From Leucoraja erinacea (taxonomy: Eukaryota): 64,000 bases of DNA. Positions 26,351 through 38,610 of this stretch are shown piece after piece. Within the stretch, counting starts at the first letter, position 1; the number at the start of each line of letters is the position of its first letter. Made by a program: the position numbers and the translations under genes. The stretch is from assembly GCF_028641065.1 (NCBI RefSeq), contig NC_073405.1, positions 3,410,001-3,474,000 on the forward strand, read 5' to 3'. The notes beneath the pieces were generated by a model. It did no database searches. It saw nothing but the letters and a program-made list of their open reading frames with translations, and was not told the DNA's origin.

Positions 26351-29231
26351 CAGAATTAACAATGTTTAATTCATCTCATAATTGTTACAAATATCTAATA
26401 TTTAAATAAATTACGAGCCTGGAGTCTGTTGTGGTTTTATGGGCACCAGAAACAATTTTATGCAGGTAGCTGACTTTGGGAGAGTCTTATGGTGTTAAAT
26501 TGTGTGTGTGTGTGTGTGTGCATGTGCTCCTCAAAGCAGCAGTCTGAATTTAGATGTTCCTCTTCCTCCCAAGTTTAAATATTTTTGGCATTTCAGTCTG
26601 AAGATGGGTCTCGACCCGAAACGTCACCTATTCTCTCCAGAAATGCTGCCTGCCCGCTGAGTTACTCCAGCATTTTGTGTCTTATCTTCGGTTTAAACCA
26701 GCATCTGCATTTCCTTCCTGCAATAAATCTTTTTTGTGTTGGGCAAATCGTGCCGGGTATGTAGGTGGAGACAAGGAATGTGGATCAGCGTAACATGAGT
26801 GCTCATCTGCTGCAGAGTCTGGTTTCCAATTATCTTTGTTTCCCCCTTGCTGGATCAAGGCGCTACTCTGTGCAGCCTGTATAGTGGCTGTGTGCATAAA
26901 TCCACAAATGACTATTGAGTCATGAGAATATAAAAAATGCTGTAGGTGCTGTGAAGCTTTGAAACACTTTGGGTTCTTTCAGTGTCTCCCCGTGTACACT
27001 GTTCATGCCTTTAACAAATCGACAAATAGACTCACCACTGATCTACAAGCTGTTTTATGTTGTGCTTGTGCCTATCCGTGTAGAGGCAGATACAGGGTAT
27101 GGGTCTAGCACAAAATAGCACAAATGTTCTGCGACCACAGTCATCATCCCATGTTGAACATGCATAGACAACATCCACTCCTTGTCAAGGGGTCGGCCAT
27201 TTGGGGCTGAGACGAAGAAAAACATTTTCACCCAGGGAGTTGTGAATCTGTGGAATTCTCTGCCGCAGAAACCAGTGGAGGCCAATTCACTGGATGTTTT
27301 CAAGAGAGAGTTCTTACGGCTAACAGAATCAAGGGATATGGGGAGAAGGCAGGAACGGGGTACTGATTTTGGATGATCAGTCATGATCATATTGAATGGC
27401 AGTGATGGCTCGAAGGGACGAATGGCCTACTCCTGCACCTATTTTCTATGTTTCTAATATCCTGTTAATGATTTTCAACCAGCTCCTTCTCGGTTTCTGG
27501 TTTAGTAATGCCCTCTAGTGTTCAGTGTTGACGACTTTGTTACTAACAATAATCTCACTCTGCTTTGCTGAGCACCAAATCATTGTGATGTGGGGAAAAA
27601 AGTCACTGGTTCATTATATTTACTACTTAAAACGATAGCTTCCCTCTCATCATTATTGAGTGCTTTTCCACAGGCCACATTTTATCTGTAACATCACCTA
27701 GCTGGTCTTTAATGTAAGCCAAAGAAATTAATATGCTCCTTTTTGCAGCCAAATTCTCCCATTGACTAACACCCTCATGAATACACATTAGGGACCACTC
27801 TGGCATATAATTAGGAACATAGAAAGCAGGTGCAGGAGTAGGCCATTCAGCCCTTCAAGCCAGCACCACCATTCAATATGATCATGGCTGATCATCCAAA
27901 ATCAGTACCTCGTTCCTGCTTTCTCCCCATATTCCTTGATTCCGTTAGCACCTAAGAGCTATATCTAACTTTCTCTTGAAAACATCCAGTGAATTGGCCT
28001 CCACTGCCTTCTGTGGCAGAGAATTCCACAGATTCGCAACTCTCTGGGTGAAAATGTTTTTCCTCATCTAAGTCCTAAATGGCCTTTTTTAAAGTTTAAA
28101 AAAGACAGTCGTCTGATAAATAGGCAGTAAGTGATCGATGAAAAATTGATTAAATATACAAACAGCTGTCATTGACAAGAGAGAAGGTGGATGAGTTGTC
28201 CTGCCTCTGTAATCATCCTGAGGAACATGTGCGCTGGCTGATTGGCTGGTCCTCAGGCTTACAAGGTTTAGGGGTTATGGTGCATGTCCAAACAAATAGT
28301 ACAAGGAACATTATTGCTGCCTACCCTGCCAAGTCCCATGTTTAGTAATGCCTTCAGGCATTGTTACAGACAGTGCATAAACCCTGGGAACCACCAGGAA
28401 TTGAAAATTAACCACAATTTCCTATAATTGAATAGAAACTTAATTAAAGGGAGACCTGGGGGTAGCCCAACTGACAGAAAACTAATTCATGTATAGGAAG
28501 GAACTGCAGATGCTGGTTTAAAGTGAAGATAGACACAAAGTGCTGGAGTAACTCAGCGGGACAGGCAGCAACTCTGGAGAGAAGGAATGGGTGACGTTTC
28601 GGGTCGAGACCCTTCTTCGGATTGAAATCATTCAGGGACCACTCCAATGATATCGCCCTGGAAGAGCATTTGGCACAGAGCATCACGGAGGTAGAATCTT
28701 CATAGAGTCATGCAGCGTGGAAGCAGCCCCTTTGGCCCAACTTGGTGGACCGAAGGGTCTGTTTCCACGCTGTATCTCTAAAGTTTACAGTTTAAAAGCT
28801 AACACAGTGGAGAGACATACATCTGTTATTGATCTCAGAATGATGTACAGTGTTTCAGATGAGAGCTAGAGTTCCATGGACACTGCCAACATGTCCCAGT
28901 CACACTAGTCCCACCTGCCTGCATTTGACCCACATCCCTCCAGACCTATCCCATCCATGTACCTGTCTAATTGTCTCTTAAACATTGTGTTGGTCCCTGC
29001 CTCAACTACCTCCTGTGGCAGCTCATTCCATGCAGCCACCACCCTTTTGTGTCAAAAAGTTACCCCTCAGATTCCTATTAAATGTTTTCCCCTTCACCTT
29101 AAACCAAATGTCCTCTGGTCCTCGATTCACCTACTCTGGGCAAGGACTTTGTGCGTCTACCTGATCTTCTCCTCTCATGATTTTATACACCTCTATAAGA
29201 TCATCCCCATCCCCTTTTACCGAGGAATTAC

Positions 29232-29421
29232 CTATTGAAGAAATGGAGATGGGAGCCCCTCTCCGTTCGTCATCTGTGAAAAGAACAACCATTGGCTGTT
29301 TACTGCTGTGATGGTCTCTCCCGGTGGCAAAGTGGATATAGTTGAGTGTCTGCCCAGCCAGGGTCCGTACAGTGACCAACAAACCTTTGTTGCTGTCTTT
29401 ATCCTGCGTCCAGTCATACAC
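29232..29421 (-). CDS. admp: ADMP exon 4
   Basis: gtacag / gtaatt boundaries; VYDWTQD..NKGLLVTV...FATGRDHHSSKQPMVVLFTDD.RRG prodomain. Confidence 0.92.
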
Positions 29422-30864
29422 CTGTACAAATAAACAAACCGCTTGTCAGTCTGAAGAAGGGTCCCGACCCGAAACGTCACCCATCCAATTTCTCCACAGA
29501 TGCTGCCTGACCCACTGAGTTACTCCAGCACTTTGTGCCCATGTCATGTCATAAGTGATAGGAGTAGAATTAGGCCATTCGGCCCATCAAGTCTACTCCG
29601 CTGTGTAGACTTGATGGGCCAAGAAGGAACTAGTAGATGCCGGTTTTAACCGAAGATAGATATAAAAAGCTGAAGTAACTCAGCGGGACAGGCAGACAAT
29701 AGACAATAGGTGCAGGAGTAGGCCATTCAACCCTTCGAGCCAGTACCACCATTCACTATGATCATGGCTGATCATCCACAATCAGTACCCCGTTCCTGCC
29801 TTCTCCCCATATCCCCTGACTCCGCTATCTTTAAGAGCCCTTCTAGCTCTCTCTTGAAAGTATCCAGCCGCCGTCCGAGGCAGAGAATTCCACAGACTCA
29901 CAACTCTCTCTGTGAAAAAGGTGTTACCAGCATCTCTGGAGAGAAGGAATGGGTGACGTTTCGGGTCGAAAGCCTTTGTAAACGTCACCCATTCCTTCTC
30001 TCCAGAGATGCTGCCTGTCCCGCTGAGTTACTCCAGCATTTTGTGTCTATCTTCGGTGTAAACCAGCATCTGCGGTTCCATCTTACACATAATGCTCCTA
30101 CAATGATACCGGCGGTGTGCAGTTATTCCTGCAGGTATGATAAGGCTAAGTTCAACTATTGACACAAGTATTACAATGTTTGATATTCTTATGACCAAAG
30201 CTGACAACTTCCATAGTTTATAACTTCCAACAGTTGTTCGGGACGGCACGGCGGTAGAGTTGCTGCCTCACAGCGCCAGAGGCCCGGGTTCGATCCTGAC
30301 TACGGGTGCTGGCTGTACGGAGTTGGTACCTTCTCCTCGTGACCGCGTGGGGTTTCTCCGGGTGCTCCGGTTTCCTCCCACACTCAGGTTTGTAGTCTAA
30401 TTGGCTTTGTGAAATTGTAAATTTCCCCCAGCGCTAAGGGATAGGTAAATTGTCCCTAATTTCACATGGGTAGGACAGGTTTGGAAGGATATGAACCAAG
30501 GCAGGCAGGTGGGACTAGTCTAGCTGGGACATTGTTGGCGGTGTGGACAAGTTGGGCCGAAGGGCCTGTTTCCACACTCTAATGTGTGTGTAGGATACTG
30601 CTAGCACACCAGGATAGCTAGTCAGCATGCACTCTGGGCTGAAGGGCCTGTTACCACGCTGCATCACCAAACTATCCAAACTCTCTGTATTCTAAATGGG
30701 CCAAATGGCCTCCTGTGCTTTATCATTATTTGATTCTACCAAGTGTTTATATAAACACTGAAATTGCTGCAGCAGAATTTGAGGATATTGCCATTAGAAT
30801 TAGAGGCAGCAGAGGTATATTTCATAGAGGGATTAGAAATGTTATTTCTATAGAAAGTACTTAC

Positions 30865-30984
30865 AGCGTTAGTGATAGTGAAGACCTCCCATGTGCTATC
30901 ATGCACCGGAAGAACTCTGGTTGACAATAATCTTCTGCCCTCGGCTGTTGACGTGTTATTGTCCAATATTTGGTAGACGCTGAC
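30865..30984 (-). CDS. admp: ADMP exon 3
   Basis: ctcccag / gtaagt boundaries; VSVYQILD...LLSTRVLPVHDSTWEVFTITNA. Confidence 0.93.
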
Positions 30985-32024
30985 CTGGGAGAGGAGAACA
31001 CCGCTCAGACAAGTTGTAACATCTACTTTGAAAATATACTCGTGTAACATTTGAGATGGAACGGGCGGGTGGAACTCTGTGTCTTCCTAATGCGATTTCC
31101 CAGGGAATGGGCGACTTCTGAAGAAGGATCTCGACCCGAAACGTCATCCATTCCTTCTCTCCAGGGATGCAGCCCGCCCCGCTGAGTTACTCCACCATTG
31201 TGTGTCTGCCAAAGAAAACCATCCCTCCTCCCCTCTCGGTTTTTCTCAACTTGTTCCCCCCCCCCCCCCGTCTCTCACTTTTGTTTGTAGACAAAAATAA
31301 ATTGGATAGGTATATGGACTGGAAAGGAATGGAGGGTTATGGTCTGAGTGCAGGTAGATGGGACTAGGTGAAAATAAGTGTTTAAGAAGGAACTGCAGAT
31401 GCTGGAGCATCTATGGAGCGAAGGAAAGGAAATAGGCAACGTTTCGGGCCGAAACCCTTGGGTTTCTAGTCTGGCTTGGTAAAATTACCTTCGATTTTCC
31501 AGCATCTGCAGTTCCTTCTTAAACCCCCCTCTCTCCCTCGCTGTCTCTCTCTATCCCCCTCTTTCAGCCGGTCTCCTTTCTGTCTCAGTCTCTCGGTCTT
31601 TGTTTTGTCTGTCTGTCTTCCTTCCTGCCCCTCTCTCTCCCCCTCTCTCTGTCAGTCTGTCTCTCTCTATCTGTCTACCTCTCTCTCCCTCTCCCTCTCT
31701 CTCTCTGCCCCCCTGTGTCATCTTCAGACTCAGAGCGTCGACCAGAAACGTCACCCATTCCTTCTCTCCAGAGATGCTGCCTGTCCCGCTGAGTTACTCC
31801 AGCATTTTGGGTCTCTTCGGTGTAAACCAGCATCTGCAGTTCCCTCTTACACGGGGACATGGACAAGACAGTTACATGGATAGGACAGGTTTGGAGGGAT
31901 GTGGCCGGACGCAGGCAGGTGGGACTAGTGGGACAGTGTGGACAGGTCGGGCCGATGGGCCTCTTTCCACACTGTATCACTATGACTCAACGATTCTATG
32001 GCTGGGTATCCACCCGCCTCTTAC

Positions 32025-32167
32025 CTGGCAGAAGTGGTGCCGATGTGTCCGGAGGTCCTGGGACGGGCGGCCCCGCAGCTTGAAGAGGTGAAGCTCCGCC
32101 GTGAGGATGGTCTCACTTCTGGCCACGCTCGACAGGTTGAAGTAGAACTGGGACTGGTAACTGCGCG
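32025..32167 (-). CDS. admp: ADMP exon 2
   Basis: cctgccag / gtaaga boundaries; ARSYQSQFYFNLSSVARSETILTAELHLFKLR...RHHFCQ. Confidence 0.9.
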
Positions 32168-32400
32168 CTGGCAGGGGGAGGAGATGCAAGAGCAANNNNN
32201 NNNNNNNNNNNNNNNNNNNNNNNNNNNNNNNNNNNNNNNNNNNNNNNNNNNNNNNNNNNNNNNNNNNNNNNNNNNNNNNNNNNNNNNNNNNNNNNNNNNN
32301 NNNNNNNNNNNNNNNNNNNNNNNNNNNNNNNNNNNNNNNNNNNNNNNNNNNNNNNNNNNNNNNNNNNNNNNNNNNNNNNNNNNNNNNNNNNNNNNNNNNN

Positions 32401-32700
32401 GAGATGGGATGATGGGATGAGATGATGAGGAGATTAGAGAGAGGGATGAGAGAGAGAGAGAGGAGAGGAGAGATGAGAGGAGAGGAGAGAGGAGAGATGA
32501 GATGGAGATGGGATGAGATGAGATGAGATGGGATGGGATGGGATGAGAGGAGAGGAGAAGAGAGTAGAGGAGAAGAGAGTAGAGGAGAAGAGAGTAGAGG
32601 AGAAGAGAGGAGAGGAGAGGAGAGGAGATGAGATGAGATGGGATGGGATGGGATGAGATGAGATGGGATGAGATAGGAGAGGTGAGGAGGGGAGGGGAGA
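32401..32700. repeat. (GAGAT/GGGAT/GAGAG)n pentamer microsatellite in admp intron 1
   Basis: Visible pentamer repeats next to an N-gap. Confidence 0.9.
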
Positions 32701-32711
32701 GAGGCGCTCAC

Positions 32712-33006
32712 CTCTGTCCAGGAAGCTGCGGACAGTGTTGCCAAGCAGCAGCGCCGGCTCCTTGGTCAGCCCGTCCACTCCGGCCACCGTGTTGTACAGG
32801 TCGAGCATGTATTGGGGCGGCTGCCGCACCGTGTGTGGCGACTGCGGAACATCCTCCATCCCGAACACCTCCAGCAGCCGCTTCAGCGCCTCGGAGCGGA
32901 TCCGTTGGCCGTGAGCGGGGAGAGTGGCGGCAGAGGCCACGAACAGGAGCGGCAGCGACAGCAGCAGCAGCAGCGCGGCGCTCACACACTCCGTCTGGAC
33001 ATTCAT
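32712..33006 (-). CDS. admp: ADMP exon 1 with signal peptide
   Basis: MNVQTECVSAALLLLLSLPLLFVASAA...ALKRLLEVFGME...PPQYMLDLYNTVA...GNTVRSFLDR; donor gtgagc; total 1140 nt = 379 aa + stop. Confidence 0.93.
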
Positions 33007-33059
33007 GGCTCTGGCTGGTCAGTGGGGACGCTGGTCAGTGGGCTGGCGGCCGTAATATA

Positions 33060-33575
33060 TCCTCCACCACCCCCCCTCTCCTAGTCCCCTCCCTCCCTTC
33101 CTCTCTCTTTCCCTCTCCATCCCTCCTTGCCTCCCTCCTCCCTCCCTCTCCCTCTCTCCCCCCTCTCTCTCCCCCTCCCACCCCTCCATCTCCTTCCATC
33201 TCCCCCTCTCCTGCCCCCCCCCCCCCCCTTTCTCTTACCCCCCCCTCCCCCCCTCCTCCCCCCCCTCTTTCACTTTCCCCTCCCCTCCCCCCCCCTCTCC
33301 CCTTCCCCCATCCCCTCCCGCCCCTCTCCTCTCCTCCCCTCTGCCCCCCTCTCCCCCTCTCTCCCCCCCCCCCCCCCCCCCCCTCTCCCCCCCCCCCCCC
33401 CCCTCCATCCCCCCCCCCCCCCCCACCCCCCTCCCCTCCCCCCCCCCCCCCCCCCCCCCCCCCTCCCCTTCTCCCCCCACCCTCCCTCTCTCACCCCCCC
33501 CCCCCCCTCGCTCCCCCCCCCCCCCCCCCCTCCCCCCCCCCCCCCCCTCTCTCCTCCCCCTCCTCTCACCTCCCT
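33060..33575. repeat. Extreme poly-C/CT tract upstream of admp
   Basis: Long C homopolymers; G-rich on the admp sense strand; TATA-like ATATATTA at 33060-33053 on the minus strand. Confidence 0.85.
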
Positions 33576-35523
33576 CAGTCAGTCCACCGTGGCCCATTAG
33601 TGGGTGTGAGAGGCCGGGACCCTCCTGCTAACGAGGTGTGATTCACTCACCTCTCTCCCCAGCCTGTAATACACAACCGTACACTGATCCCGGACACCCG
33701 CGGTCACATCCCCCCGTCACCCTGAGTCCTGACAGGACTTGCACAGTCGGGGCCGCTTGCTGGCCTCTCCAGAAGCTCACACCCAGTCATCGAGCCATTA
33801 GCTGGACAAACAGAGAGCGCAGCAATCGCCAACGAGGACGGAGAGAGCGAGGGTGAGAAGGGGGAGAGAGGGACACAGGTGTGTGGGAAGGAACTGCAGA
33901 TGCTGGTTTTTCAACCGAAGGCACACACACAAAACTGCTGGAGTAACTCAGCGGGACAGGCAGCATCTCTGGAGAGAAGGAATGGGGGTAACGTTTCGGG
34001 TCGAGACCCTTCTTTGGACTGAGAGTCAAGGGAGAGGGAGACACGGAGATATAGACGGTGATGTGGAGAGATATGGAACAAATGAATGAAAGATATGCAA
34101 AACAAAAGTAACGATGATAAAGGAAACGGGCCACAAACGTTGCCTTGGCTCCATAGATTTGGGTAGATTTGTTCGCAGCTGTGGAGTGGATGTGTAGAGG
34201 GATGTGGGTCAAACGCAGGCATGTGGTGTATAAAGTAGTTCAAGTTCAAGTTCAAGTTCAAGTGAGTTTATTGTCATGTGTCCCTGTATAGGACAATGAA
34301 ATTCTTGCTTTGCTTCAGCACACAGAACATAGTAGGCATTTACTACAAAACAGATCAGTGTGTCCATATACCATCATATAAATATATACACACATGAATA
34401 TATAAACTGATAAAGTGCAAATAACAGATAATGGGTTATTAATAATCAGAGTTTTGTCCGAGCCAGGTTTAATAGCCTGATGGCTGTGGGGAAGTAGCAG
34501 AGTTTTGTCCGAGCCAGGTTTAATAGCCAGGATGGTGTGGGTCTTTGATGATACTGCCAGCCTTTTTGAGGTAGCGATATGGACTCGGTGGGCCGAAGGG
34601 CCTGTTTCCATGCTGTATCTCTAAACTAAACTACTGTACATGTCCCAGTGTCTTTGGAAGGCAGCAGTGTGCATCTGAGGTTCCATTAAAACATTTGCAA
34701 GCCAGCCTGATGAGGACCAAGATAGATACAAACAGTTGGAGTAGCTCAGCGGGACAGGCAGCATCTCTGGAGAGAAGGAATGGGTGACGTTTCGGGTCGA
34801 GACCCTTCTTCTCTCCAGAGATGCTGCCTGTCCCACTGAGTTACTCCAGCAATTTGTGTCCACCTTCGGTGTAAATCGGCATCTGCAGTTCCTTCCTACT
34901 CATGATGAAGAGCAAGACTCTGGCAGTGTTTACTGTTACCTTTGCACATGGTGGATCGGGTGGCACAGTGGTGCAGCAGTAGAGTTGCTGCCTTACAGCG
35001 CCTCAAACTACCCGAAGAAGTGTCCCGACCTGAAACATCACCTACGGTAGACAAAAATGCTGGAGAAACTCAGCGGCTGCAGCAGCATCTATGGAACGAA
35101 GGAAATAGGCAACGTTGCCTATTTCCTTCGCTCCATAGATGCTGCCGCACTCTCTGAGTTTCTCCAGCATTTTTGTCTACCTTCGATTTTCCAGCATCTG
35201 TAGTTCCTTCTTAAACACTGAAATGTTACCTATCCGTTTTCTCCAGAGATGCTGCCTGACCCGCTGAGTTACTCCAGCACTTTGTATCTATCCTTGTTCC
35301 AGGCCACCACCTGCAGTTCCTTCTGATTACATTTCTCTCATTAAGATGCCCTGGAGTTGTTTTTCAGAAGGAGCCACAATGTTTCAAGTACAATCTTCAT
35401 TTTATTTCTTCATGCTCCTGCTGGATCTGTGTTGTACTCTATAGTTTGTGTTCCTGGCCGGGCACACCAGCCCCGGCCTCCACCAGCAGCAGCAGGTAGG
35501 CAGGAGGAGATGGATGGTAGATA

Positions 35524-36335
35524 GACACATAGAAACATAGAAATTAGGTGCAGGAGTAGGCCATTCGGCCCTCCGAGCCTGCACCGCCATTCAATATGAT
35601 CATGGCTGATCATCCAACTCAGTATCCCATACCTGCCTTCTCTCCATACCCCCTGATCCCCTTAGCCACAAGGGCCACATCTAACTCCCTCTTAAATATA
35701 GCCAATGAACTGGCCTCAACTACCCTCTGCGGCAGAGAGTTCCAGAGACTCGCCACTCTGTGTGTGAAAAAGTTTCTTCTCATCTCGGTTTTAAAGGATT
35801 TCCCCCTTATCCTTAAGCTGTGACCCCTTGTCCTGGACTTCCCCAACATCGGGAGCAATCTTCCTGCATCTAGCCTGTCCAACCCCTTAAGAATTTTGTA
35901 AGTTTTCTATAAGATCCCCTCTCAATCTCCTAAATTCTAGAGAGTATAAACCAAGTCTATCCAGTCTTTCTTCATAAGACAGTCCTGACATCCCAGGAAT
36001 CAGTCTGGTGAACCTTCTCTGCACTCCCTCTATGGCAATAATGTCCTTCCTCAGATTTGGAGACCAAAACTGTACGCAATACTCCAGGTGTGGTCTCACC
36101 AAGACCCTGTACAACTGCAGTAGAACCTCCCTGCTCCTATACTCAAATCCTTTTGCTATGAAAGCTAACATACCATTCGCTTTCTTCACTGCCTGCTGCA
36201 CCTGCATGCCTACCTTCAATGACTGGTGTACCATGACACCCAGGTCTCGCTGCATCTCCCCTTTTCCTAGTCGGCCACCATTTAGATAATAGTCTGCTTT
36301 CCTGTTTTTGCCGCCAAAATGGATAACCTCACATT
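35524..36335 (-). mobile_element. CR1/HER1 LINE 3' fragment
   Basis: ORF2 C-terminus LYRVLVRPHLEYCVQFWSP...RRLRGDLIE...TRGHSLRI...WNSLPQ; (TTTCTATG)n tail. Confidence 0.92.
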
Positions 36336-37269
36336 TAGTAAAACATTTATCACATTTATTAAAACACTGGAGTACCTCAGCAGGACAGGCAGCATCTCTG
36401 GAGAGAAGAAATGGGTGACATTTCGGGTCGAGACCCTTCTTTTCAGACTGACCCGAAACGTCGCTAGATAGGGCTCTTTTTGTTTTTTAATTATTTTATT
36501 TATTAGAAGTAGTGTACATTACAATAATATAAGCCAAAAATAACATAATACATTTCCTGTACCACTTCATATTTTAAACTTTAAAAAGAGGAAAAGTTAA
36601 GGATAGTGAGTGTGTGAAAGAGTGCTCAAAAAAAGACCCTTACACACGGAAAATTGGAAAAGAAAGTTAAGAAGCAAGCCATAGAAAAGGAAAAAGAGAA
36701 AAAGAAAACTGAAGATTCATTAAAAGTAAAAAAAAAGAGCTAAAACGGATATACCAACTTCGTATTTTTCCTCTGTACAAAGATAGGGCTCTTAAAGATA
36801 GCGGAGTCAGGCGATATGGGGAGAAGGCAGGAACGGGGTACTGATTGGGGATGATCAGCCATGATCACATTGAATGGTGGTGCTGGCCCAAAGGGCCGAA
36901 TGGCCTCTCCTGTACACTTTGGTCAATTGTCTATTGTTGCTATTGTCTCCCATGCTGCCCGTTGCTGAATTACTCCAGCATTTTTGACATTTGATGCGGC
37001 CAAAAATTTTTTGTGCCGTTCCTGCTGAATTGCTGTGGTGGATGTTTATGTTACTCCAGCATTTTTGTTTCTACCCATTTTATCTTTGTATGGAACTGAT
37101 TCTTCAATGGTAAAAGGACTTTGGGGTCAATGAAAATGGGGTGCTATATAAATAAACTTATTATTATTATTATTATTATCTTCAGTTTCTTCATGGAAAA
37201 GGGAGATGGTGGTGGGGAGGGGGTTTGTGGGGATGGGATGGGGGGGATCCATGGACCAGGTGCACTAAC

Positions 37270-37328
37270 CTCCAAGGACAGCTACTTCCTGCAGTACACA
37301 CTCCCAAGCATCTGCCAACATGGGTTTC
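37270..37328 (-). pseudogene. pnhd: pinhead-like exon remnant
   Basis: ttgcag / gttagt boundaries, 59 nt; ETHVGRCLGVCTAGSSCPW(R) resembles recalled Pinhead EIDVGRCLGxCxxGxxCxxR. Confidence 0.7.
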
Positions 37329-37438
37329 CTGCAACATTAGCACGACAAAGGGACAGAGGCACGTCAACAGCCTGCGTATGAACAAGAGTCCAAACACTGT
37401 GCTCGCAGCGGCAGCTGAGTAATTAACACCTCCGGCAC

Positions 37439-37586
37439 CTTAAGCCCCCCTTCCTTCTCACCACCGGAGTTAATGGCGATCACAGAGGAATACTCCCCAT
37501 GTGGCAGTCTGTACCAGCTCTCTCGCATCTCACACCATTCCCCAGCCCGAATAAGCTCCAGTCCAAATTGGGCCCACCAGCACATG
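37439..37586 (-). pseudogene. pnhd: pinhead-like exon remnant, frameshifted and cut at its 5' side by a retroelement
   Basis: GLELIRAGEWCEMRESWYRLPHGEYSSVIAINSGGEKEGGLK then a GT donor; resembles recalled VELIQTVExCExKESCYRVPYVEY...GxKEExLK; conserved C is W; the upstream VLV.PN segment is out of frame. Confidence 0.68.
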
Positions 37587-37632
37587 AGGGTAGGAGGCTC
37601 CTCAAACTGCGGAGCATCCTGGACAATACAGC

Positions 37633-37815
37633 CAGTGGCGGGCTGGCCAGGGTGTCAGTTTGCCCGATGGCAAGTGGGCCCCTGATGAAGTGATAGCAAG
37701 TGGGCCCCTGATGAAGTGATAGCAAGTGGGCCCCTGTTAAATGATAGCATTGTAGTTGCGGGTGGGCCCCCATTGTCTCCTGGCAACCAATATTTTTAGA
37801 CCCAGTCCGCAACTG
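37633..37815. mobile_element. hAT-type MITE
   Basis: 8-bp TSD AATACAGC (37625-37632, 37816-37823); TIRs CAGTGGCGGGCTGG...CCAGTCCGCAACTG; internal 26-bp tandem repeat. Confidence 0.8.
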
Positions 37816-38079
37816 AATACAGCTCACCCCCTCCATGACACACTGGTCAACCTGAGGAGCGCCTTCAGCAACAGGTGGCGCAGCGGTAGAGTTGCTGCCC
37901 TACAGCGCTTGCAGCACCGTAGACCCAAGTTCGATCCAGGCCTCGGGTGCTGTCTGTACGGAGTTTGCACGTTCTCCCCGTGACCTGCGTGGGTTTTCTC
38001 CGAGATCTTCGGTTTCCTCCCACGCTCCAAAGACCGTACAGGTTTGTAGGTTAATTGACTTGGTAAATGTGAAAACTCT

Positions 38080-38610
38080 AAAACTGAGGAAGGACATTAT
38101 TGCCATAGAGGGAGTGCAGAGAAGGTTCACCAGACTGATTCCTGGGATGTCAGGACTGTCTTATGAAGAAAGACTGGATAGACTTGGTTTATACTCTCTA
38201 GAATTTAGGAGATTGAGAGGGGATCTTATAGAAACTTACAAAATTCTTAAGGGGTTGGACAGGCTAGATGCAGGAAGATTGCTCCCGATGTTGGGGAAAT
38301 CCAGGACAAGGGGTCACAGCTTAAGGATAAGGGGGAAATCCTTTAAAACCGAGATGAGAAGAACTTTTTTCACACACAGAGTGGTGAATCTCTGGAACTC
38401 TCTGCCACAGAGGGTAGTCGAGGCCAGTTCATTGGCTATATTTAAAAGGGAGTTAGATGTGGCTCTTGTGGCTAAGGGGATCAGAGGGTATGGAGAGAAG
38501 GCAGGTACGGGATACTGAGTTGGATGATCAGCCATGATCATATTGAATGGCGGTGCAGGATCGAAGGGCCAAATGGCCTCTACTCCTGCACCTAATTTCT
38601 ATGTTTCTAT
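38080..38610 (+). mobile_element. CR1/HER1 LINE 3' fragment nested in an HE1 SINE
   Basis: Near-identical to the 35524-36335 copy but inverted; splits the SINE at about 37874-38712. Confidence 0.9.

Noticed and set aside
30241-30310. tRNA-like sequence with A/B boxes
   Set aside because: Head of an HE1 SINE continuing into the SINE body; many copies; not a tRNA gene
32643-33641. 332-aa proline-rich ORF
   Set aside because: Poly-C tract plus antisense of admp exon 1
37892-38518. 208-aa ORF as a host gene or autonomous LINE
   Set aside because: SINE-CR1 chimera covering only the ORF2 C-terminus; no RT core
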